Positions 49,542 through 60,416 of a DNA stretch of 64,000 nucleotides are shown one piece after another. This stretch comes from Takakia lepidozioides (taxonomy: Eukaryota; Plantae; Bryophyta). Every line of letters starts with the position of its first letter. Within the stretch, counting starts at the first letter, position 1. Below the pieces are notes generated by a model, which saw only the letters and a program-made list of their open reading frames with translations, had not been told where the DNA came from and ran no database searches. The DNA lies in NCBI GenBank assembly GCA_030704615.1, contig CM060732.1, positions 66,402,001-66,466,000 of the forward strand, read 5' to 3'. The position numbers and the translations under genes were made by a program.

Positions 49542-52500
49542 TCATTGGTCTGGAACTCGCTCGCATGACTCGTTTTCTGACTGACGATGAGCCTCCTCCA
49601 AATTAGCGCGCGCCTTCACTGCTTCGGCTGCAGTAATTCTCTTAGTGCTATTCCTTGTCGTATTTTTTCGTGGAGGCATTGTCCACACAACATTGTTCAC
49701 GTGGATCCATTGAGAAGGATCTGACGAGTTATACTCCCAAAGTTTTGACCAACAGTCTTTGTACCTTTCCAAGTCTGTTGGGTTACCACCTTTTCTCGGT
49801 CTCCACCACTCCACCTTCACCTTCTTAAAATTAGGATCCTCCCTTTCGCGGATCACGTCAGATATTGCCACCCCCATCCAGACCGGGCACGTACTTGGGT
49901 CATAAGGGCGAACGAGCACAAAAAACCCTTTCTCAATATCCTTGAACGGATTCAGGGATATTCTTGGTCGCTCACACCTCGGGCCACAGTAAGGTTCTAG
50001 GATTTCATCTTTTTCTTCCACATCTGGCAATATATATGGATGGATTCCATCTCTGTGATGATTCTTGGACCAATTTGTTTTCGGCCAAAATCCCTCAAGA
50101 AGCTGAATACGGTCGGGAGCTTCCGGAATTGGCTTATCCAGCTCGGGGAGAATGTTTCCCCAGTACTGGTCGTATTGTTCCATTCGACCTCTGTAATGAT
50201 CGTCAAGCATCATTCCTTTCGTCCAAAAATCCCTGTATTTTTTTATTCCATTCTTAATGAATGACTGTTTTTTGGAGGAGTCGTTCCCGACTCCCCATAT
50301 AGGTCTCCTTGGAACGACATCTGGGTCTCCTTCAGGGAGCTTCGGAGTCCCGTTAGGATTGGACTTCCACATCTTCACGCTATTGTTTGTTGGAAGCCAA
50401 TCTGAATCAGTAGCAGACTTCTTGTACTTCATGACGGGCCAGCCCTCCGCATCCTTAAAAAAACGGAAGACGTGCATCTCCAAAATCTCGATCAACACCT
50501 CCTTTCCATCCAGAATACAGCCCTTGACAAAATTCTTGAAGTCGGGAACCTCCTGAATAATCTGTGGAATGAACTGCAGATCTTGCGAGGTCTAAAAGAC
50601 CTCATCAAATCTGAAAGAATGTAGGTGCTTCGTTCCTTCAGCTTCTTCAAAAGGTAGCTGAAAAACCCGTCGATGTCCTCATGGGTGTGTCCGACCATTA
50701 GGAACCCTAGCTGGATTTCTTCAAAAATATCTTTGGCGGTCAGGAGGGATAGAAAAGCAAGCATCCATCTGTTCTTATTGTCCTTCGCAGAGTTGTGCAT
50801 TTGCAAGTAAAGTCTTCTCGGAAGTGGACGAGCACCACGTTTGTCTTCCGGCCTGCAAGGTTTAAGAGCATCCAAACATCTCGATTTACCTCTTAAAAGT
50901 GATTCGAAGAACTCGTTTTGAAGTCGGTAATCGAAAATGTTCATGGACTCGCGACAGTTTGGCTTCTCCCGCTGGCGCAGACAACGTGCCAAAGAACCAA
51001 TTGTAAAGTTTGAATTTCCCTTCCAGAACTCAAGAGAATACTGACCGTAAGCTCCATCACCGTGTCCGTGCGTGACCATTCCCGTTAGTGAAACTGAAAG
51101 CTGACCCAATCCAGAAATCATCTTATTTGGAGTCTATAGCCTTGGAACAGCTGTTTTCCTATGATCCATTTTGTCGTGAATAATACAGAGAAACTCCTCC
51201 GGAATCATAACAGACTCATTCCTCCGGCTATGGTACAGTCTTCTGCACGACTCTTGGTGCCTCAAATGTTTATCAAGCGCTCGTTTGTGTGTCACCTGTT
51301 CCGCACTTCTCTTGACAGACTTTCTGATCAGGTCCTTGAACATCTCACACTCCGTGCACTTCGCAAATGTACTCCCAGTTTTACGGAACCTCCACGTTAG
51401 GAAAAATCCGACTCCGTGAATGATGGATGAATGTGATATGATAAAAATCAGGATGAAAGTAGAGTGGATAAATGTAAAATATCGATTACAGTCCGCTAAC
51501 AGCCGACTGCGAGACTCCTTCCAATCCGAAAAGTCTGTTGGTCTGTTACAATAAGGCAGGGTCAGGAAAGGAACGTCCACTGGATAGTGGAGGTTCATGA
51601 AGCTAGAACCACAGTCGAAAGAGACAAAATCGAAGGGAGGATCATCCACATTGAATCAGAAAAATCTTCCAGGAAAGAAATTGAAGAATGGAGATTTCAT
51701 ACCTCGTTGGACTCGTCTCGTATTCGATTCCAGTTCATTTCAGGTGGTAAGACTCTCAAAGTATCCCTCCTTCCCTCCCCAATGCATCTTGTCTTATAGG
51801 GCATGAGGTCAGTATTTCCGTTGACAATGGACATAATGTTACCCTCTGCCTGAAGCGTCCTTGGGCGTGGCCTCTTCACTCCACGGTTCCCATGGAGACT
51901 TGACAACCAACCCTGTTTACTCAACTTTTTGTACTCCATGTATGTGGACCTGGCAATTCCATGATTTGTCCACCAAGCAGTCTCACATACATCCACACCC
52001 TCAATCGTAACGTATGCCCTGCGAGAGGTCCCTTCCACCATGTGAAGTCGTTTCGAAACATTCAGTCCTTGTTCTCTCCTCTCATCGAAAGTGGATCCCC
52101 AAAAAGAAGTACGGATAGCCAAGGTTTTTCACCAATCGAAATATTGACAGCAGTGAAGTCTGCAGCAAGGTTTGTTGCTCACGGACCGGACTTCCTCCAG
52201 AGTAAGATTCTTCATTCTTTTTTTGGAGTGTTCCAAATCTCGATCCCACTTCTTTTTCGTAAAATGCCGATACGCCGCTTTCTTCACACCTGCCTCGTGA
52301 TCTTCGTACAAGATACTATCAGAGGATCTAATAAAATTCTCCAGATCATTTGAGAGTAGTTTCTCACTTTCCAAAAGTCGTGTTTTTGTTAAAGACCATT
52401 TTACAAGAGACATCAAAGATCCAGAACCTCCAGAAAGTATTCTGGTGACAAGAACTCCAACATCGTCCTCTCCCAGTTTGTCATTGAGGATCACCTCGTC

Positions 52501-53031
52501 CGGAATGTAGGCTTGAATCCTCCCCTCGAATAGTGCACCCCCATCATCACCCAACAGTACGCACTGCAAGTTTCTCCAATTGTTTCTTCCGAGTCCTCCG
52601 CTCGGATTCCCGGAACTCTTCGATGGTCTGTGGTTTGATTCATCCTCGTTGTCGTCAGAATTCTCGGCAGTATCTCTTGTCTTCGGCATAAAATCAGGAT
52701 TCATGTCAGGCCCTCCTTGATACTCGTTATTCTCCACAAGAACTTCGCCAACATTCCACATCACCAGGGTCCCAATGGCCTCCTTCAAGGTGTCAACATC
52801 CATATGTCCATAAGAAAGATAACATAACGAGTGTGCTTCATCACAGGAGATGAGAACTACTGAAATGGTTGAGGAAGATAATTGTTGTCCATGACAAGTC
52901 CCAATCCCGGAGACATTAAGGCAGTCCCCAGTGGCTATTGGAGATGAGGACCCGGGAAGAGTAAGAAACACTCTTTGACCCGTCTCTAAAATCATGATCA
53001 CCGGAACCTCCACTGCACACGCGAGGTTCAA
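49542..53031 (-). pseudogene. Sola-like (DUF7869-type DDD) transposase with extra N- and C-terminal domains; frameshifted, with a probable intron near 51.4-51.7 kb
   Basis: Motifs in order: KPCCRLHCCQ, VCETAWWTNHGIARST, HGNRG, FAKCTEC, CIIHDKMD, THGHGDG, LYLQMHNSAKDNKNR (D to H), FLMVGHTHEDIDGFFS, HVFRF. Spread over five ORFs (53031-52129, 52122-51697, 51649-51134, 51121-50492, 50498-49542). Confidence 0.75.
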
Positions 53032-54845
53032 GAAACTGGAAACCCCTCCGTGACGACCTTACTGACAGTAATAAGCAGTATGAGTGAAGATTATATTCAG
53101 AGATGAATCAATTCAATAAAAAGAAATACACTCGCGTATGAACATTTCAGAGAAGTAGAATAGAAATGGAATTGATGTTTGGTCTGGAACATGTCATTTG
53201 AAGATTGTGTCTAATTATATAACCTCCACTATACAGTGGAGGGTAGATGAGATACAGATGAAAAAGTCGGACGGATGAATATTAGTGGATGAACATGGTT
53301 ACGTGGATGAATAATTGTAATGACGGATGGATGTGAGCATTGACGCGACTGTCCAGTGGAGGTCCACGACTTTAGGTATAACGAAATACAGAAATCGGAG
53401 AGAATTGGACTGTAATTTCTAAACATGCAGATGACGAATAAGTAAATTTTCCTGTAGAGTATAGAAAACACATAGATGTCTTAACATTTTCTACGGGTGA
53501 AAATGCAGTTCACACGAGAGATTATGGAAATTCAGAGAGTTACACCTGCGATGGCCGCAGAGGTACTGGATGCTCAAAGAGGTGCAGTATGGGAAGTGAG
53601 GTGGGAGATGACCAGAGAGGTGTGGGAAACACAATCTGCAAGTGAGAGGTATGGAGATAGAAGTTTGAACAGTTTGCACTCAGACCTTATATAGAGGTGG
53701 AAACCAGGTTGCCCGCTGGAACTCCTCCAATGGGATAGTGCGATACATTGTCTCCCGGATCGATTTCCGTCGCCGTTGATATCTGGTATGGCCACAATCG
53801 AACGGTTCTGGATGGTGCAGGAGTGCACTCTTTGACCGATTTCGGAAAAGAGTGTCATTTACTAGTAGATCCCTATGTAACAATTATGATGCCAGAAAGA
53901 TAACGGCCGATAACGGTGGTTCAATGGTCTCGCACTCGTGCTTATAAAGCAGTACGTATTTCGCATTCAATGCTGTCCAAGTGGATGATGGCCTGACGCC
54001 GATGACAAGGTGCAGCTATGACACTCGGCCGAGAATGCGGCAGGCGTAAATGAGTGACAGAGGAAATATTCCAAGCCTTAATCCGCCGAATGTAGACATG
54101 GTCAGGAGCAATTATTCCTAGCGGCAAAACGTCGCAAGAGGATCCGACTTGTGCATTTCATTTATCGTCACGTGGGGGGTGTGGGAAATATCCCACGGGG
54201 TTATAATTGATGATCATGTGCAAGGGATCATTAACGTCATATTTTCTCGTTCATTCATCTGTTTTTTCAATTCATCTAGTCATTCGTAAAATGGATGGAT
54301 AGAATGGAAATGATGAATTGGATGATATTTGCATGGATATTGGATGGAACACGCACGACCATTCGATTTTGAAAGGACGCGATGGTTCAGATCATTTGCG
54401 ACGGCACCATATAAGGGGTGTGGTCGTTCAGCCCACCCTTTCGCCACTCCATTGTGTACACGGAAGCGCTGCGAAAGTGGTAAGACCGAGTAGCGCTAAA
54501 AAAAAGAGAGTTTTGAAGAGCGGAGAGCATGACGAGCAGAGACTGTGTTGTGCATGGTGCCGTGAGAGCTGAGAGAAGAGAGCGTGCAGTTCAGTGCAGC
54601 GTGAGAGTGCAGTGGAGGAAAGGAAGCAGACAGCGGATTCAAGTGCAGACAGGGGACGGGAAGGAAGCAAAGCGTAAGGGAGAGCGGAGCGGAGCGGTGG
54701 AAGCTTAAGGGTCAGGTGTTTCAAGTCAGCAACACGGGCACCGAAATGGCTCACGCTAGCAGGTAATGTTCTCGTTTACGCATGTGGTTTGATGTCATTC
54801 TCTCTTGCTTGCTTGTCATTCTCTCATTCTCTCTTTGTTCTTTAG

Positions 54846-57240
54846 GGGGCATTTGTACCCGTTGGCACACCTCCGGACCATAAGTTTCGGTTCCAATACA
54901 AGATTGGTGCAGAGGTCGCCGAGCTCAAATATGCAGATGTGGTCGACGTAGAGCTGGAGATGGATGTGGAATTTCCGATGTTGGTAATGTTCATGATGGA
55001 AGATGGTAGATTTCCCAAAACGTTTGGCTTCAAACTGGAGGTACGAATTCTAAGGAAGGCCATGATGAGAGAGTCCATTCGGGCGGGGTTCACATATTGC
55101 GACGAGGGTACTCAAGGTTTTTGCATGGCTTGGGGTATTTTCTTGGATGTGCTTTACTTAAAGGGTAAGGAGATTGCAAAGACGCGGGAGGAGGAGGCTG
55201 CAAGAGCGAAGCCAAAGAAGGGAAAACGGAAATCTATTGACGCCGGTGGTGATGACAATGAAGCCGGTACATCAGGGGGAAAGAAGAAACAAAAAGAGGA
55301 GATGGATCCTGCTTTCATGACAGATACCAAGAAACCCAAGGCTGCAGACATATTCGACAAAGACAAGTGTGAGAAGATGCTGGAGAGGCTGGAGCAAGAC
55401 TACAAGGACATGTTTCCTTTTGGGTTTGAGGCGATCCAGGACGTCAAAGTTTCCATGATGGAGCTTGCTCCCAGGGATATGGTGTACAGGCCCCTAAATG
55501 TGAAGCACAAAGACGAAGTCAAAGCGCGTCTTTACCAGCTCCGGGTGTTCGACTCCAAACATCCAGTTTATTTGATTCCCGCAAACCCCGAGAAGCCTAC
55601 GGAGGTTTCTAGTTTGAAACCTCGAAACTGGAAGGAGGTGGAAAATTCCAGATTCTTCGTCATCGGTGGACAACACACGATCATTGCTGCCAAGGTAAAT
55701 TTCCCGACAAAATCCTATTTTTGTAACAACATGAACCTCCACTGGACAGTGGAGGTTCATGAACTTTAAACAACATGCTTGTTAGGTCGCTATCATTTCT
55801 GACCTTATTCAATTCTGTCGCAGGAACTTGTGCAAGACGTAGACGATGACAATCTTAAGAAGTACTACACTGACTGGCCCTCAAAGATTATATGGTCAAA
55901 GGATCTGATGAGGCTCGTGAAGCTATCTAAGCTCCTAAACGACCCGAAAATAAAGCACAAAGATTTGACACAACATTTCCTGAGAAAGTTGCACATGCCC
56001 GAAATTTCTTCGAGCTGAGGGGAAGGCCGAAAAAGTACAATGATCACACAACGAAGTCGGAGACTAGACAATGGAAGGTAAATGATTCATTGTATTTTCC
56101 GTTCCTTTTGCTAGAGAACCAAAATATTCTCAAGCTTGGATTTAATGTGACGACCGGAGACCGCATTACGAAGCAGGAGACAGTACAAAAATAGCTTCAT
56201 AAGGGAGGGTGATACAATGAACGAGCGGGATGGTTCAGCATTCGGAAATTCGACATGATGGGGTCTTTTGTAATGTGTCTTGTTTGGTAATGAGGTGCTT
56301 GTCCAATTCTTATTTTCCCAATCTATTTATGTTCTCCACCTGTAACAGTTCCGCAAATGTGCTGCAAAAATACTTGAAACATCATATAATCATGAAAACG
56401 TGATGTTGTGGAGAACGTTTCCAAAACTTTTCATGCTCATTGGGTTTTTCAAGGATTTTCTAGGTACGCTCTTGGAACTGTTCCTGGTGGAGAACATGAA
56501 CAGATTGGACAAATTTGACTTGGAGGAGCACCGCATTCCGAAGCAGGAGACACTACAGAAAGAGCTTCAAATTACAAGACACAACAAGATGGACAGAGAT
56601 GAATTCACAATCGAATCATCACTTGGTGTATAGTATAATTGACAAGATAGTTGTGACTATTGTTTCATCTCAAGATTAATATCAAATATTGAATGAAATT
56701 TCTAACTTTGCCCCTGATTATTTTCTTAGGAATCTATGCAAGCATGTCAACTCATACTGGAGATGAATAGCGTGAAGGAGGCCATGGTTCTGGTTCTCTG
56801 TGACGAAGACGTATGGAACCTGTGGGAGGAGGTTTTCAAACAGTGGGAACAAGGGAAGCTTATTGATATTTTCGGGATTCAGTACAAGGGTGAACAGCTA
56901 CTGCTGAATAAAACCGCTATCGCGAAACTGCAAGGACTTAATACCAGGCAATTGAAAAGAGTGGCGGAGAAAATCCTAAACATAGACATTTACATTCGGG
57001 GAACGTTATTTAAGCGAGCTTACAAATCCAAAAACCCCATTAGCGCGTATATTGACCAAATGAAATTGCGACGGTTTACTATCGACGATGTAATGGAAGT
57101 CTTAAGGTGGCCTCAGAGGAGCAAACATAGATAGAGCGACAGTAATTGTTCGATCCACTCTTCTCTTCACCGTCTCAATGTCGATAGAGTCGGTCCTCGT
57201 GTGTTTGATCTCCTCAGACGTCGTCTCACGAATCTACAGG
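54846..57240 (+). pseudogene. Spliced gene with a ParB/Sulfiredoxin-like domain, partly decayed
   Basis: DVKVSMMELAPRDMVYRPLNVKHKDEVK..PVYLIP..FFVIGGQHTIIAAK is spliced at AAG|GTAAAT (55695) to CAG|GAA (55824) ELVQD..WPSKIIW..LSKLLN. Later exons give AHARNFFELRGRPK and LVLCDEDVWNLWEEVFKQWEQGKL. An NLS-like stretch KPKKGKRK is present. Confidence 0.55.
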
Positions 57241-58020
57241 AAATTAATGAAAAATCCCACGGATAACGACTATGGTGGTCCAAAATGATCTGACAAAATT
57301 ACCGAATTGAGCAATACCGAAGATTAGACTGAAAAACCAATAATAAGAGTAATAAGAAAAAAACCAATGTTTTACCCGAATCGGGATCTGTTGTTGGATT
57401 ACGCGATTGTGGTGCTCTGTCTCTTCTCCTTCCCCGCGAGTAGGAGGATTCTCCGACTCAATCCCTGCGTCCCTTGATGGCAACGTCGACTGGACAGTGA
57501 AGGTTACTTGCGGAACCGGCTCAGGTGACCTGGCCCTCACTGTCAGATCCACGTGTCTCTTCACCGTTTGAGTGTCCTTTGATCCTTTTCTTGTGTGTGT
57601 CATTTCCTCCGAATTGGATTCTTGGATCTACAAGAAAAGTTATCCAAATCGGTTAGTGGCTGTCCACAAAGATGTGCGAATGGAAGTATGTATCCGGGTG
57701 GAAATATGTTTTATTTTCGGAAGTCCAGAAAGACGGATATGGGAAAAACATTGGGATTATATATAATTACAATATTGTCATATGGAAATAACATTCGAAT
57801 TATTCCACTCAGAAGTATATATAATTACAATATTGTCATATTGTATTCAGAAGTGTGTACGAATAAACTTTCACTAATTGTCATCCGTTACCTACATCTA
57901 GAACCAGATCCTGGGTGACATTCTGGGACACCAACTCACGACGATTGTTAACGGGATCCGGTGACATAATCAATGGCTCGTCACCTTCCACAGGTGTGAA
58001 CCCTTGACCAAGGGTTTCAA

Positions 58021-58353
58021 CTAACTCCGTCGATGTCGCTTCTTGTCCGCTGGAGAAGCCGGATTCTTATTCGTGGTGTTATCGGAACTGGAGGAAGAGC
58101 TGTCCAGATTGTGTACATCTTGTGGCGCAACGCGTTCTTGGGTATTTGGAGTACTACCTAGATTATCCAACCGTGAAATTTCCTGGCCCTCTCTTTCCCT
58201 TTCCAACATTAGCCACATCTGCCCCTGGACTCCGTTGACGATTTCCATGTTCTCATCTTCGTCTTTCTCCTCCTCCTCGTCCTCTTCTTGTTTCTCCTCC
58301 ATTTCCTCGTCCTGATCCTTGTCGTGTCCTTCGTCATCATCTTCTTCGTCCAC
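58021..58353 (-). CDS. Acidic low-complexity orphan ORF with basic C-terminus
   Basis: 110-aa ORF, D/E-rich N-terminus, ends KKRHRRS. No homology recognised. Confidence 0.25.
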   Translation of the reverse strand: MDEEDDDEGHDKDQDEEMEEKQEEDEEEEKDEDENMEIVNGVQGQMWLMLEREREGQEISRLDNLGSTPNTQERVAPQDVHNLDSSSSSSDNTTNKNPASPADKKRHRRS

Positions 58354-59247
58354 TTCGTCATCCTGCAGTGAGTCTTTGTCATCTCCGTCTCCCAGGGATG
58401 CCTCGGCGTGAGCCTGGTCACGTGAGCGCGTGAGCGCAACTGCGCTTACGCCACGTCACCTTGCACCAATGCCACATCACGGGGCTCACTCCACGTCATC
58501 ACACGTGAAGGCTGCGTCACCATGCGCCCAGAAAGAAGTGGAGTGTATTCCCGCGGATTGGCACCCTTGACCGTGGAAACAAGCTGGACGACATAATAAA
58601 AGGCAGTGAATAAATGATGGATGAATGTACAGTTTTTTGCGGACTCGTCCCCATCTCCAAATCCTTTCCCCTCTGATCATGTAGGCTTGGACCTCACAGT
58701 TTTCTGCACGATGCCATTCAATTCTGACTGAGTAATTTGCAAATAGTGAACGGCGGTAACGACCATCACTCTGTCTCCAAGAAACTCACTATGAATGGTG
58801 TGAAACAATTCAGCACAATCTACACAAGCAAAGCTGATCCTGCCGTATTCAAAACAAAAGCGAGAGCGATAGCGAACGGCGTTAACGACAATCACAAAAG
58901 ATAAGGACCTGCCGGATCGGTGTTGTGTAATGACATCTATGTGTACGTGATTGACGGCAATGACATTCAGTATAGTTTAGGGCGGACAGTAAGTGCAGAT
59001 TATTCAGATTGACTCCATTGTGATTACCGTCGCCAGCATGGGAAGAGGAAGGACTGCTTGAAAGGCAATCAGACAGACTGATCTGAACAACGATGATTGA
59101 CGGTACCGTCAGTCACCCACTCATTGTGCGGTAAACCCTTAGCAGAGGAGTAGAAAGCAAATCACCGTTGTGATGGTCGGTAGCGACAATCCCTGTCTGG
59201 GACATTCCACTCAATCTCTACGCAGATCTTCAACAATGAAATGTAAG

Positions 59248-59658
59248 TTAGAGAAAACTTACTAGCGCCTTCTTAGGTTTTGAAATTGGATCCCTTTCTG
59301 TAGCTTTCCTCTTCCCTCTCACATCTGTTGGAATTTCTGTCTGCTCTAGGGTTTCTGGATCTTCTCCCGGTTCGGCGTTCCTCGTGCTTCCACCTCCTTC
59401 AGTGTCCGTGCGAGTCATCTCTGCATCCACAGGCTGGCGCACTCTTATCGCCGACTGTGTCACAGCCGCTGCCTCAGTCTCCGTTTGCTCTTGTGAATCA
59501 GTCTCCGTGTTCACATGCTGCCTTGGCCCTGTGTTCTCCAACAAACGACGCCTCGTCATTTGCTCTCTTGCTCTGCGTCTCTCTCTAAGGGAAGTAAAAT
59601 AAAGAGACTTTCTTCTCTTTCGTATTGTAGAAGGAACCCTCTCCAGCTTGACTACCAC
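59248..59658 (-). CDS. Orphan ORF or exon with basic NLS-like segments
   Basis: 136-aa ORF with RKRRK and RGKRK. It ends near a possible donor (CTA|GTAAGT), so it may be the first exon of a decayed gene. Confidence 0.25.
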   Translation of the reverse strand: MVVKLERVPSTIRKRRKSLYFTSLRERRRAREQMTRRRLLENTGPRQHVNTETDSQEQTETEAAAVTQSAIRVRQPVDAEMTRTDTEGGGSTRNAEPGEDPETLEQTEIPTDVRGKRKATERDPISKPKKALVSFL

Positions 59659-60416
59659 TCTCTCTCTAAAGCGCGAAAAGTAGAAAAACGCAGTGACTCC
59701 CGATTTCTTGCGGGATTGCCTGCGTTGTTGCTTGTCTCTAAAAGCATCGGATTCCCTCTCGCGTGACCGTTACACATAGTCGTTCCCTTATTAGTGCACA
59801 TGCCAGCAATTGGTGTATAGCTGTTCGTATTAAGTTATGGATGTCTGACGTGTGTCGCCCAAAATAAACGGCGTGTTCTTTATTAGAACGGTTTCAATAT
59901 TTAAAAATAACAGCGAATCCCAGAAATCTTGGCGCACAGTCTTACACAAATAAATGTAAATGAACGAGAGTTTGATGACAAATTTTGGAATATCATACAC
60001 GGTCATCCTTGTTAGCCAAACCCCACATTCATTTCACATTTGGAACTTTCCAGATGCGCATGATCATTGGTAGTAGTATAAAAATACATTTACTTAATCT
60101 GCAATCCCATCCTCAGATCCTGTGGCATGCTTCCAGGAAGTCGGTTTTGTTATTGGGTTTATTGATGAGGTTCTGATTAACGGTTTAACAGCTGCCGACA
60201 CTGCTCCTAGGGATACTTTGACCACTGGGCCCACAAGAAAAGTAATTAAAATGGACGGCTGCATATCTGGAAAGAATAACATAATATGCACAGTCGTTGT
60301 CTGAGCTTCCTCCACCATATTCTCTGCTCATTCTTCAACTGTGTTCTGGAGACATCAGTAAACCGATTTACACTAGATCTGCGATAGCAAGGTATAAACG
60401 TACGCGAGGAAGGAAG

